Positions 29,863 to 39,733 of a stretch of 64,000 bases of DNA are shown piece by piece. The DNA is from Phycisphaerae bacterium (lineage in GTDB: Bacteria > Planctomycetota > Phycisphaerae > WQYP01), in NCBI GenBank assembly GCA_035524355.1, contig DATKPA010000037.1, forward strand, positions 18,723-82,722, given 5' to 3'. How positions within the stretch are numbered: position 1 is the first letter of the stretch; each line of letters begins with the position of its first letter. The notes beneath the pieces were generated by a model. It saw only the letters and a list, made by a program, of their open reading frames with translations. It ran no database searches and had not been told where the DNA came from. Both the position numbers and the translations under genes were made by a program.

Positions 29863-30771
29863 TTACGCCCGGCGTGCCCAACGCAGTTTTGCCGACCGCG
29901 ACCGCGGATTGCACTCAATCTCATCCGCCGTCGCCGTCACCGCCTCCTCCGAAATCCCCGCATACACCCCCGCCCGCTCCCCCTCCTTGAACGCTTTCTT
30001 CACCCGCCGATCCTCCCCCGAATGAAACGAAATGATCACCGCCGTCCCCCTCGGCTTCAGCACATCCGGCATCACGCGCAACAGATTCTCCAGATTCGCC
30101 AGCTCCCGATTCACCAGAATCCGCAGCGCCTGAAACGTCCGCGCCGCCGGATGCAGCTTCGCCCCCGCCGCCCGCACCAGCGTAAAATCCCGCGCCTCGC
30201 ACACGATCGCCATCAACTGCTCCGTCGTCACGATCGGCTCCTCCGCCCGCCGCTCCACAATCAACCGCGCAATCGCCGCCGCATCCGTCTCATCCCCCAA
30301 CTCCAAAATCGCCTCCGCCAGATCCTCCTCCGACATCCGCGCAATCAACGCCGACGCCGGCTGCCCGCGCGTCGGATCCATCCGCATATCCAGCGGCCCC
30401 GCCCGCTTGTACGAAAACCCCCGCGCCGGATCGTCAATCTGCGTCGACGCCACCCCCACATCCGCCAGCACCCCATCCACCCGCTCAATCCCCTCCGCCA
30501 TCAGCACCTGCATAATCCCTGCAAAATTCCCATGATGCAGCGAAAAATTCCGCGCAATCTTCCCCAGCCGCTCCCGCGCCACCGCAATATTCGCCGGATC
30601 AAAATCAATCCCGATCAACCGCCCATTCGTCCCGATCCGCTTCAGAATCTCGCACGAATGTCCGCCCAATCCCAGTGTGCAATCGACAATCACCATCCCC
30701 TCCCGCAAGCGCATCGCCCCCAGCACCTCCTCCAACATCACCGGAACATGTCGCGTTTCACGCTTCTTCAT
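29863..30771 (-). CDS. rsmH: 16S rRNA (cytosine1402-N4)-methyltransferase
   Basis: 303 aa from MKKRETRHVPVML…; VDCTLGLGGHS SAM motif, …DLGVSS-like DVGVAST, …FHSGEDR…; track ORF 29863..31614 has a spurious 281-codon upstream extension. Confidence 0.85.
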   Translation of the reverse strand: MKKRETRHVPVMLEEVLGAMRLREGMVIVDCTLGLGGHSCEILKRIGTNGRLIGIDFDPANIAVARERLGKIARNFSLHHGNFAGIMQVLMAEGIERVDGVLADVGVASTQIDDPARGFSYKRAGPLDMRMDPTRGQPASALIARMSEEDLAEAILELGDETDAAAIARLIVERRAEEPIVTTEQLMAIVCEARDFTLVRAAGAKLHPAARTFQALRILVNRELANLENLLRVMPDVLKPRGTAVIISFHSGEDRRVKKAFKEGERAGVYAGISEEAVTATADEIECNPRSRSAKLRWARRA

Positions 30772-30888
30772 CCGGCGCAGTGTACCGTGGCATGGGCGTC
30801 CCGCCCATGACGGCCCGCAGGCCGTGCGTCTGTTCCTGGTGATTAAATCATTCCCCCCTCGTTTGGGTCCGCCGCTCAATCCCTTATC

Positions 30889-32817
30889 ATGATTCCAATG
30901 AAGCGCATCTTCGCCGCCATCCTGCTCGCCGTCGTCACCCCCGCCCGCGCCGACATCCTCGTTCTCTCCAACAACACCTTCACCGACGGCAAAATCCTCT
31001 CGCAATCCCCCACCGAAATCCTCCTCCAGCCCGCCGACAACTCCCCACCGCAGCATCTCCCGCGCTCGCAGATCTCCCGCATCCTCCTCACCGACGACCA
31101 CGGCGCCCTGCTCCCCAACCCCTCTCAACCCACACAGCAACGCCCCATCGCCGCTCCCCCGCCAGAGCCCACCGCCCCGCCCCTCGCCATCCTCAACACC
31201 ACGGGCCCCACCTACTACCTGATCCCCCTCCACGGCGAAGTCGGCGCCACCATCCTCGCCTCCGCACTCGACAAATCCCTCGCCGACGCCGCACTCCGCA
31301 ATCGGGGGGGGGCCACCGTCGTCGTCCTCGACATCAACTCCCCCGGCGGCCTCGTCGAAGAAGCCGAGAAGATCCTCAAGGTCCTTCACCACTACAACGC
31401 CAAACTCCGCATCGTCGCCCTCACCGATCAGGACCTCTCCGCCGCCGCCATCATCACCCTCTCCGTGAAAGAGATCTACGTCAAACCCAGCAGCACCATC
31501 GGCGCCGCGGTCTCGTTCATTCCCAACAAGCTCTTCCTTCCACCCAAGCTCGAAGAAAAATTCCAGTCCGCCTGGCGCGCCGTCGCACGCAACTCCGCCG
31601 AGGAGGGCGGCCACGAACCCCTCCTCGCCGACGCCATGATCGACCCCTCTTTCGACCTCCGCATCATCTCCGTCGACGGCAAACCCACCGTCGTCGAAGG
31701 CCCGCCCCTCCCCGGAAAATCACCCCTCCTCCGCAAGGGAAAAATCCTCACCCTCACCTCCCACGAAGCGATCGACTGCGGCCTCGCCGCCGGAGAAGCC
31801 GAAGACCTCGACGATCTCGCCAAACAACTGCACCTCTCCCCCTGGACCGAGTGCAAAGGCCTCGCCGTCCCCCTCGCCGATTGCATCACCCGGCGCGCCA
31901 CCTCCTTCAAAACCGAAATCGATAAAATCAACGCCGACCTCGCCGACAACCTCATCAAGGCCCAGCAATCCGACCCCTCGCAATCCATCCGCGTCAACAT
32001 CTCCCGCCCCGGCCAGCCGGCCGCCTCCAAGCCTGCCGAAGCCCACAACCCGATTGCTGACCGTCTCCTCTGGAAGCAGCGCTCCCTCGCCACCGTCATC
32101 TTCCTGCAGAACGCCGAGCAAAACGTCCGCGACGCCATCGCTCTCTCCAACGCGTTCGGTCAGGAAACCACCGCCGACGCCCTTCAAAGACTCCTCGCCA
32201 AAATCGCCGAAGGCCGCGCCGGCATCTTCGACAACCGCAACAGGTTCGGCGAAGGCGCCGCCGCCGTTCCGACCGCGCCCACGCCCGCCACCGCGTCCTC
32301 AAACGCCAATAACCTCCCGCGCCCCAACCTCCCCGCGCAGATCACCACGCTCTCCGACGCGCAGCTCGCGCTCACCTCACCCGAATACGACGACCAGGCC
32401 CGCGCCGCAAAATTCCTCGCCACCGCCCCCGTCGATCCCGCCCAGCAGAAGAAGATCACGAACCTCCTCCTGCCCCTGTTTCAGGGTCCCGATACAAACC
32501 GCCAGTACATCTTCATGGAAGCCTTCGCCCACTGGGCCGCCAGGGAGGATGCCTCCGTGCTCCTCGCGATTCTCTCCAGCCCCGCGCGCTCCGCCGCCAA
32601 CCCCAATCCCCAGAACCGCTACTGGCCCCCCGCCATCACCGCTCTCGTCCGCCTCGACCCCGCCGCCGCCGAGCCGATCCTCCAGCAGCGCAAATCCGAA
32701 TTCTACTTCCGCAGCAAAATCACCTTCGCCCTCCAATCCCTCATCGACGCCAACTCCCCCGACAAACCCGCCGCCCAGCACCTCCTCGAAATCCTCCGCC
32801 CCAATCCGGCCCCATAA
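30889..32817 (+). CDS. secreted NfeD/ClpP-class (S49-like) serine protease-domain protein with C-terminal helical repeat region
   Basis: Signal peptide MIPMKRIFAAILLAVVTPARA; …YLIPLHGEVG…VVLDINSPGGLVEEAEKI…ALTDQDLSAAAIITL… resembles NfeD/SppA crotonase-fold protease domain; C-terminal ~200 aa with HEAT-like LLxxL repeats. Confidence 0.45.
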   Translation: MIPMKRIFAAILLAVVTPARADILVLSNNTFTDGKILSQSPTEILLQPADNSPPQHLPRSQISRILLTDDHGALLPNPSQPTQQRPIAAPPPEPTAPPLAILNTTGPTYYLIPLHGEVGATILASALDKSLADAALRNRGGATVVVLDINSPGGLVEEAEKILKVLHHYNAKLRIVALTDQDLSAAAIITLSVKEIYVKPSSTIGAAVSFIPNKLFLPPKLEEKFQSAWRAVARNSAEEGGHEPLLADAMIDPSFDLRIISVDGKPTVVEGPPLPGKSPLLRKGKILTLTSHEAIDCGLAAGEAEDLDDLAKQLHLSPWTECKGLAVPLADCITRRATSFKTEIDKINADLADNLIKAQQSDPSQSIRVNISRPGQPAASKPAEAHNPIADRLLWKQRSLATVIFLQNAEQNVRDAIALSNAFGQETTADALQRLLAKIAEGRAGIFDNRNRFGEGAAAVPTAPTPATASSNANNLPRPNLPAQITTLSDAQLALTSPEYDDQARAAKFLATAPVDPAQQKKITNLLLPLFQGPDTNRQYIFMEAFAHWAAREDASVLLAILSSPARSAANPNPQNRYWPPAITALVRLDPAAAEPILQQRKSEFYFRSKITFALQSLIDANSPDKPAAQHLLEILRPNPAP

Positions 32818-32993
32818 ACCCGGCGGCGCCTCCCCAACGACGCCGCCTCGGGCGGCGCGGGGCTTTCGCGCCCCACGTCGCGTTGACTTTCCTCCCGTCA
32901 ACCCGACAATCAACGCTGTAAACAATCCAACAAGTGACCATCTCATTCCAGCAGTGGGACACCAGAGCGCGTCGGCCAAACGGAGTGCCACCC

Positions 32994-33806
32994 ATGAACT
33001 TCAGCCACCTCTACGACTACTCCCACATTCGCTTCATCCTCACCAGCCTCGCACTCCTCGCACTCCTCCTCGTCATCATCGAAATCGGCTATCGCGCCGG
33101 TAAACGCCACGCCAAACGCAACGTCGAAAACTCCGCGCTCGACATCGGCACCATCCAGGCCGCTATCCTCGGCCTCCTCGGCCTCCTCCTCGCCTTCACC
33201 TACTCCTCCGCCTCCACCCGCATGGAAACCCGCAAACAAATGATCGTCTCCGAAGCCAACGACATCGGCACCGCCTTCCTCCGCGCCGACCTCCTCCCCG
33301 AACCCCAACGCTCCGCCCTCCGCAACGCCCTCCGCGACTACGCCAACACCCGCATCATCGAAGACGACGTCGCCGCCGACCCCGAAAAATCCCGCGCCGC
33401 CATCGCCAACTCCGAAGCCATCCTCAGCCGCCTCTGGCCCATCGCCACCGACCTCGCCGCCACCGGGACCCGCCCCTTCACACCCGCCGACGCGCTCGTC
33501 CTCCAATCCCTCAACGCCGTCATCGACACACACTCCAGCCGCCTCGCCGCCGGACGCGACCACCTCCCCCCCGCCATCCTCGCCCTCCTCCTCTTCGTCG
33601 CCTTCATCTCCGTCGGCATCTCCGGCTACGCCTGCGGCCTCGCCGGCCACCACAACCTCCTCCTCACCACCATGCTCGCACTCCTCATCACCGCCGTCAT
33701 GCTCACCATCGCCGACCTCGACTCCCCCCACGCCGGCCTCCTCCGCGCCTCCCAACAATCCCTCCGCGACCTCACGAGTTCCCTCAACACCACCCAACCC
33801 CACTGA
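32994..33806 (+). CDS. DUF4239-like membrane protein
   Basis: two TM segments near N-terminus and two near C-terminus with long helical middle; start at internal Met MNFSHLYDY. Confidence 0.4.
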   Translation: MNFSHLYDYSHIRFILTSLALLALLLVIIEIGYRAGKRHAKRNVENSALDIGTIQAAILGLLGLLLAFTYSSASTRMETRKQMIVSEANDIGTAFLRADLLPEPQRSALRNALRDYANTRIIEDDVAADPEKSRAAIANSEAILSRLWPIATDLAATGTRPFTPADALVLQSLNAVIDTHSSRLAAGRDHLPPAILALLLFVAFISVGISGYACGLAGHHNLLLTTMLALLITAVMLTIADLDSPHAGLLRASQQSLRDLTSSLNTTQPH

Positions 33807-34397
33807 CCCACAACCAAACGCTTATCCACCCAATAAATGTCTCCAACGTTCATCGATCCTCACCTGCTAAAAATCTCGCCCCGCGATTGTGCCCGCGACA
33901 ACGCTTGCGTCGTCGCGAGCCGTGCATATCACACATTGCACCCCCTCCACCCGCCCCCGGGCATGTTCGCTCCGTCCTTACCGACATTCAAAACGTGACG
34001 ACCAACAACCGCGACCCCGCGGCAAGCGCTCCTGCCCACCCCCCGGACAGCCCGTCCCCACAACACACATGGCCCCGCAGCGCCAGGCCCCGGCCGACTG
34101 GAGCCACGCGCGATCACACGCCAGAAGAAAAAGTTCCCCTACATGACCGCGCCGTGGGCCAAGCTCAAAGCGCAACTCTGTGAAAAACACTGTGATACGG
34201 CTTAACTTAGTGCCATCAGGGACGTGGGTAGTTGATCCGTCGCTTCTCCAGTGTTACGCGTACCAGGATGCCACGGCATGCCCGGATCACTCCCAAGGGA
34301 TATGTTCATCACGTGCTGAACAGAGCGGCAGATGACAAGAGCCAGTTGCGTTCTCGTGTGGTCCGGCGTTTTGTCCGGAGGTTGAGGCGGAAGCTGG

Positions 34398-34868
34398 TTA
34401 ACCGCGGGGGTTGCGGTGGTAGGAATCGCGGAGTGATTTGACGCGGTCGTGGTCTTCGCGGACGTTACGGTACTGGCGTTCGACGAGTTCGCGGATGCTG
34501 GCAACGTTGAGGTAGCCAAGGGCGTCTTCGTACACTTTTTTGATGCTGTCTTCACCACGTTCGGCTTCGTCGAGGATGGACTTGGGATCTTTGCCGGTGA
34601 GGGCGATCCTGGCGTCGAGCCACCAGCGGTGGACGGTGGCAAAGACGGAGCCGGAGGTGGTTGGGAGCTCGCCGGCGGAGGTGATATAGGATCGCAGCTC
34701 GGCGGCGTTGTGTGCGCGCTTCTGGCTGAACTCTGCGAAGAGAGATTTCAGTTGAGTGTCAGAGGTGGAGTCGGCGGCCTCCTGGAAGCCTTTCTGACTG
34801 TCGATGTTAATGCTGAGCAGTTCCTGAAGCTGGTTGATTGATTGATCACGCACGTCTTGCAGATTCAT
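34398..34868 (-). CDS. PA2169-family (DUF2383) ferritin-like four-helix-bundle protein
   Basis: 156 aa; MNLQDVRDQSINQLQELLSINIDSQKGFQEAAD…LKSLFAEFSQKRAHNAAEL… and …SVFATVHRWWLDAR… match the PA2169 family pattern. Confidence 0.5.
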   Translation of the reverse strand: MNLQDVRDQSINQLQELLSINIDSQKGFQEAADSTSDTQLKSLFAEFSQKRAHNAAELRSYITSAGELPTTSGSVFATVHRWWLDARIALTGKDPKSILDEAERGEDSIKKVYEDALGYLNVASIRELVERQYRNVREDHDRVKSLRDSYHRNPRG

Positions 34869-35318
34869 GGCGGGCTCCTTTTCATTCTTATGCCGTGATG
34901 ATTAATTGCAAATGGCGGGCCAGCGGCGTGGGATTGGGGGAGATTGCGGAAAGTGCGGGTGAATGAAAAGGGCGACCCGCGAATCGGGCTGGGGCACGTG
35001 GAGTGCGGGGGGATTGGAGGGGATTCACAGGAGGAGCGGCAGCAATTTGGATTTTTTTCTTGCTGGTTGCGGGAACCACGATAATATGGGTTGGTCCTAT
35101 CTTCTGTTGTACACATCTTTGCGCCATATTTGTCCGCGTGTGTGCGGGCGAGTGGTGAAGTGCGCGTGCTTCATGGACCGCCATTCTTTTCATGGTGGGA
35201 ACCGTGTGGGGTTATGCGGCTGTGGAAGATGGTGCGCATTTGTCCAGCGGAGGGTGTGGGGGAGACGTCGAATTGAGAAGCCGAAGTAGCGGGTCCCGCA
35301 TGCAAGGGAGGGCAAGTC

Positions 35319-37607
35319 ATGCCGATTGCGCCGACGTTTCCAGGGGTGTACGTTCAGGAGTTGTCGAGCGGCGTACACACGATCACGGGCGTGAGCACGT
35401 CGGTGACGGCGTTTGTGGGCATTGCGCAGCGTGGGCCGATCGAGAAGCCGGTGCATTTGCTGAGTTTCACCGATTTTGAGCGGAACTTTGGGGGGTTGAG
35501 CCGCAGTTCGGACATGAGTTACGCAGTGAGCCAGTTTTTTTTGAATGGGGGGAGCGAAGCGTACGCGGTGCGCATTGCGAACAATCCGACGTCAGCGAGC
35601 CTCGCCTTGAAGAATAAGACTGGAGAGGTCGTGCTCACGCTGACTGCGCAGGACGAAGGGTCAGCGGGGAACGATGTGTTCGTGACGGTAGATTACGGCG
35701 TTCAAAATTCGGAAGCGAACTTTAATCTGACGCTCACGCGTAAGCCGAAGGAAGACCCATCAAACGAGACGGTGGAGGCGTGGCTGAATCTTTCGATGAA
35801 CATCAACGATGCGCGTTATGTGGGGACGATTCTGCAGGATTCGGTGCTGGTAACGGCGGCAGTGACGCTTCCGGCGGCGGTCGCCGCGGGGACGGGCCAG
35901 ACGGAGAGCGGGGATCTTTCGAATTCGGGGCCGCTGAACAAGCTCATTGATGACACCCACAACAGGCTGGGAATCGCGCTAAACGGGGATGATCCAGTGA
36001 CGGTAGTGCTCGATCCGGTCGCGGAGGACGATCTGGGGAAACTGGCGGCGGGGATTCAGAAGAATCTGCAGGATGCGCTTGGGGCGGCGAATGTGAAGGT
36101 GGAAGCCGACACAAGCGACAACGAAAAGCGTCTTGTGATTACATCGCTTAAGGCGGGGGAGTCATCGACGGTTCGGATCTCCGCCGGGGTGACGCAGGAC
36201 GTGACGGCGCGCCTGCAACTGGGGGTGATGGGGGGTACGGACAAGGACGCGGTGGCGGTGGCAAGGCCATTGGAGACGCCCCTTCATGGGACGGTAACGA
36301 GCGGGGTGATTGCGAATGCGGACCTCGATCAGACGCCAAGCGCCAAGAAGAGCATGAAGGTGGTGCTCGACGGCATGCTGGCGGATATTGAATTATCGGG
36401 GGCGGACATACCGGCAGGGAACCTTCCGGATCGTTTGAAAGCGGCGGCGCAGATGATTCAGAATGCCGTCGTGGAGGCAGGCAAAGCGAACTTTGCGAAC
36501 GTCGATTCGTTCAAGTGGTTTACGGCGGAAGCGGACGGTGGCGCGGGCACACTCATTCTGCGGTCTGGTACGCGGGGCAGCGGCTCGACGATAGAGATTC
36601 GACCGGGAAGCGACGGTTTATCGAGTGCGCTCAAGTTGACTGCCGCAGATGGGGCGGAGGTGAAGTTGGCGAAGGCGCAGGACGCGCCATTGAGCGGGGG
36701 CAGCGAGTTGGAAGTGGACATGAAGCAACCGTACAGCGCGTTTATCGGTGATCGTTCGAAGCACGAGGGGATATACGCGCTGGAGGAAGTGGATCTGTTC
36801 AATCTGATGGTGCTTGCCGGGGTATCAGACCCGGGCGTGCTGAGTGATGCGGTGGCGTACTGCCAGGAGAGGCGGGCGTTTCTGATCGTGGACAGTCCAG
36901 TGAACCAGACGATCGACGAGATGCAAACACTGGTCCGGAGCGCGAAACTGCCGAAGAGCAATTATGGCGCGGTTTACTATCCGTGGATCGGCATTGCGGA
37001 TCCACTCCAGGGGGGGCGGCTGCGGACGGTACCGCCGAGCGGGACGATTGCGGGGGTTTACGCGCGGACGGACAGTACGCGCGGGGTGTGGAAGGCGCCA
37101 GCGGGGATCGAGGCGTCGCTTGCAGGGGTGCAGAAGGTGGAAAGGCCGATGACGAATCCCGAAAACGGGATTCTGAATCCGCGGGGAGTGAACTGCATCC
37201 GGAACTTTCCGGTGTTTGGTGCGGTGGCATGGGGAGCGCGGACGCTGCAGGGGGACGACCAGTTCACGAGCGAATGGAAGTACGTGCCAGTGCGAAGGCT
37301 GGCGCTTTATCTGGAAGAGAGTCTTTATCGGGGGACGCAGTGGGTGGTTTTCGAGCCCAACGACGCGCCATTGTGGGCACAGATCCGGCTGAACATCAAT
37401 GCGTTCATGCAGGGACTTTTCCGGCAGGGTGCGTTTGCCGGTCAAACGCCGAAGGATGCGTATTTTGTGAGGTGCGACAGCACGACGACGACGCAGAATG
37501 ATGTGGATAAGGGGGTGGTGAACATAGTCGTCGGTTTTGCGCCGCTAAAACCGGCGGAATTCGTGATCATCTCGTTTCAGCAGATGGCGGGGCAGGTTCA
37601 GACCTGA
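35319..37607 (+). CDS. contractile tail sheath protein (eCIS sheath)
   Basis: 762 aa; N-terminal …FPGVYVQE… and C-terminal …GAVYYPWIGIADP…GVYARTDSTRGVWKAPAG…NCIRNFPVFGAVAWGARTL… are the conserved sheath blocks; RBS AAGGGAGGG upstream. Confidence 0.85.
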   Translation: MPIAPTFPGVYVQELSSGVHTITGVSTSVTAFVGIAQRGPIEKPVHLLSFTDFERNFGGLSRSSDMSYAVSQFFLNGGSEAYAVRIANNPTSASLALKNKTGEVVLTLTAQDEGSAGNDVFVTVDYGVQNSEANFNLTLTRKPKEDPSNETVEAWLNLSMNINDARYVGTILQDSVLVTAAVTLPAAVAAGTGQTESGDLSNSGPLNKLIDDTHNRLGIALNGDDPVTVVLDPVAEDDLGKLAAGIQKNLQDALGAANVKVEADTSDNEKRLVITSLKAGESSTVRISAGVTQDVTARLQLGVMGGTDKDAVAVARPLETPLHGTVTSGVIANADLDQTPSAKKSMKVVLDGMLADIELSGADIPAGNLPDRLKAAAQMIQNAVVEAGKANFANVDSFKWFTAEADGGAGTLILRSGTRGSGSTIEIRPGSDGLSSALKLTAADGAEVKLAKAQDAPLSGGSELEVDMKQPYSAFIGDRSKHEGIYALEEVDLFNLMVLAGVSDPGVLSDAVAYCQERRAFLIVDSPVNQTIDEMQTLVRSAKLPKSNYGAVYYPWIGIADPLQGGRLRTVPPSGTIAGVYARTDSTRGVWKAPAGIEASLAGVQKVERPMTNPENGILNPRGVNCIRNFPVFGAVAWGARTLQGDDQFTSEWKYVPVRRLALYLEESLYRGTQWVVFEPNDAPLWAQIRLNINAFMQGLFRQGAFAGQTPKDAYFVRCDSTTTTQNDVDKGVVNIVVGFAPLKPAEFVIISFQQMAGQVQT

Positions 37608-37634
37608 CAGGGCGTCCTTTCTTACGGTGAAAAC

Positions 37635-38162
37635 ATGGCCAAGTTTACTGTGAATGCCGCACGTCTTGATCCTTACAAGAACTTCAAATTCCGCGTGAAG
37701 TGGGACGGAAAATACGTTGCCGGGGTGAGCAAGGTGACGGCGCTGAAGAGGACGACGGAGGTTGTGAAGCATCGGGAGGGGGGCGACCCGAGCAGCAGCC
37801 ACAAGTCACCGGGTCGTACGGAATATGAACCGATCACGATGGAGCGGGGAGTGACGCACGATACAGAATTCGAGCGTTGGGCGAACAAAGTATGGAACTG
37901 GGGGAACGGGCTGGGGCAGGAGGTTTCGCTCAAGGATTTCCGGAAGGACATCATGATCGAGATTTACAACGAGGCGGGACAACTTGCGCTGGCGTACAAG
38001 GTGTATCGTTGCTGGGTATCGGAATTTCAGGCGGAGGCGGATCTGGACGCCAATGCGAATGCGACGCTGATACAGTCGATCAAGTTGGAGAACGAAGGTT
38101 GGGAGCGGGACTATGAAGTCCCGGAGCCTGCGGAGCCCAGCTTCAGCGAGCCGGCGGCTTGA
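37635..38162 (+). CDS. contractile tail tube protein (T4 gp19-like / eCIS tube)
   Basis: 175 aa; …RLDPYKNFKFRVKWDGKYVAGVSKVTAL… signature of gp19-family tube proteins. Confidence 0.8.
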   Translation: MAKFTVNAARLDPYKNFKFRVKWDGKYVAGVSKVTALKRTTEVVKHREGGDPSSSHKSPGRTEYEPITMERGVTHDTEFERWANKVWNWGNGLGQEVSLKDFRKDIMIEIYNEAGQLALAYKVYRCWVSEFQAEADLDANANATLIQSIKLENEGWERDYEVPEPAEPSFSEPAA

Positions 38163-38183
38163 ACGGGATAAGCGGGTTGAACG

Positions 38184-38930
38184 ATGCGGACACCAAGCGC
38201 GACTGAATTGTTGTGCGCCTGGGAGAGAGCGCTCTCCAGGCCAGCGGCACTGCGTGGGATTGCGGTGCTGGAAAGTTGCTGTCCCGGGACGGACGGGGAG
38301 GAGCTGGCGCGCCTGCCGATCGGGCAGCGCGATGCGAGGTTGCTGGAATTGCGTTCCATCACGTTTGGGCCGAGTGTGCCATGCATTGCGAAATGCGGAT
38401 TCTGCGGTGAATCGCTCGACGTGGAGTTCGGCCTGGAGGAGATACGGCAGCGGGCGCCAGCGTTGGAGGCGGGCGGGGTCGGGGCGCTGAGGGTAGAGGC
38501 TGAGGGGTGGGAGGTACGGGCGCGGCTGCCGAATTCACTGGATTTGGAGGCAGCGGCAGGGGCACGAGATGCGGAAGAGGCCAAAGGTATTCTGCTGTCA
38601 CGATGCGTGGAATCGGTGGCGGCACCGGACGGGCAGACATCGCCGCTGGAGGCGTTGCCCGCGCAGATTATTGCCGCGATTTCGGATCGCATGTCGGAGG
38701 CGGATCCGCAGGGCGATGTACGGCTGGAATTGAACTGCCCGGAATGCGGTGGCGAAGGCGTTTTTGTTTTCGACATCGGCACATATCTGTGGGAGGAACT
38801 GCAGGCGTTCGCAAAGAGTCTCATGGGTGAGGTGCACGAGCTGGCGCACGCCTATTCGTGGTCGGAATCCGACATTCTCAACATGAGCGCGCAACGGCGG
38901 TCGTATTACCTGGAGATGATCGGCGCATGA
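38184..38930 (+). CDS. eCIS-associated hypothetical protein, Cys-rich (putative zinc-ribbon)
   Basis: 248 aa; Cys clusters ESCCPG, CIAKCGFCG, NCPECGG; no family recognised. Confidence 0.4.
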   Translation: MRTPSATELLCAWERALSRPAALRGIAVLESCCPGTDGEELARLPIGQRDARLLELRSITFGPSVPCIAKCGFCGESLDVEFGLEEIRQRAPALEAGGVGALRVEAEGWEVRARLPNSLDLEAAAGARDAEEAKGILLSRCVESVAAPDGQTSPLEALPAQIIAAISDRMSEADPQGDVRLELNCPECGGEGVFVFDIGTYLWEELQAFAKSLMGEVHELAHAYSWSESDILNMSAQRRSYYLEMIGA

Positions 38931-39733
38931 GCGGATTCCTGGATCAACTTGCGAACCGGGCGATCGGGACACCGATGGCGGTTCGGCCGAGATTGCGGCT
39001 GCGGTATGAGCGGAAGTCGCCGATGGCGGCGGCGCTGGAGGTGGCGGATGCGGAGATTGATGCTCCGGTTCGGGGTTCGCGGAGAGCAGTCGCCTCCGTC
39101 CGTGCGCAATCGGACTCGGCGCAGGTTACGAGCAGATCGGCGGAGGAGGAGCCGCCATCGCGAGCGCGTTCGCATTTTCCTGCGGCGGCATCGACTCGGG
39201 ATGAGCAAGTGATGCCGGTTCGTCATCCAACAATTCCGGAGCCGGCGCCGGCCGCGCGTTCCAGAACCGTTGCGGCGGACGCGAAGCCGATGGAGGGCCG
39301 GTCAGAGCAGGAGATGGATGAAGGGGAAGTCCGCCGGACGCGCCTTCGCATTATCGAGAAGGTTCATGACATGGCAGAGCAAGGGGATGCCAATAGACAT
39401 GGGGAAACGGGGGGCCGGGAAAAGGGGGAGCCGGCAGTATCGGCGCCGCCGGCGGTGACGGAGGTGTATCACTCGCCGATGGTGCAGAACCTTGGGTCCC
39501 AGATCGGATCGAATAGGCGGGAGCAGGAGGTCATGGGTACGTTCGCAGTTCCACGGCCGAATGGAGAGCGGCTGCCGCCACCGCAACAGCCCTCGGTACA
39601 TGTCACGATCGGCCAGGTGGAGATCCGCGCGATCGCGTCATCGCCGCCGAGCGCAGCGGAGCCGCCAGTGCCAGCGTCTTCGCGGCATTCTCTGGACAGG
39701 TATTTGAGCCGCCGGCGGGAGGGGAAGCGATGA
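38927..39733 (+). CDS. eCIS-associated hypothetical protein, largely low-complexity
   Basis: 268 aa from MSGFLDQLANRAIGTP…; ATGA overlap with previous stop; Ala/Arg/Pro/Glu-rich, conserved-looking C-terminus …SVHVTIGQVEIRA…. Confidence 0.4.
   Translation: MSGFLDQLANRAIGTPMAVRPRLRLRYERKSPMAAALEVADAEIDAPVRGSRRAVASVRAQSDSAQVTSRSAEEEPPSRARSHFPAAASTRDEQVMPVRHPTIPEPAPAARSRTVAADAKPMEGRSEQEMDEGEVRRTRLRIIEKVHDMAEQGDANRHGETGGREKGEPAVSAPPAVTEVYHSPMVQNLGSQIGSNRREQEVMGTFAVPRPNGERLPPPQQPSVHVTIGQVEIRAIASSPPSAAEPPVPASSRHSLDRYLSRRREGKR

Noticed and set aside
28244-30025. 593-aa + strand ORF
   Set aside because: Antisense to deaD and rsmH; Arg/Pro/His/Leu-rich.
29863-31614. 583-aa ORF for rsmH
   Set aside because: Only the last 303 codons are RsmH; the first 281 codons are Gly/Asp/Glu-rich antisense of the NfeD-like gene, so the extension is an artefact.
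32943-33803. 286-aa minus-strand ORF
   Set aside because: Antisense to the DUF4239-like membrane protein gene; Gly/Glu/Asp/Ala-rich.
34202-34642. 146-aa minus-strand Ser/Thr/Pro-rich ORF
   Set aside because: Overlaps the PA2169-family gene in another frame; low complexity.
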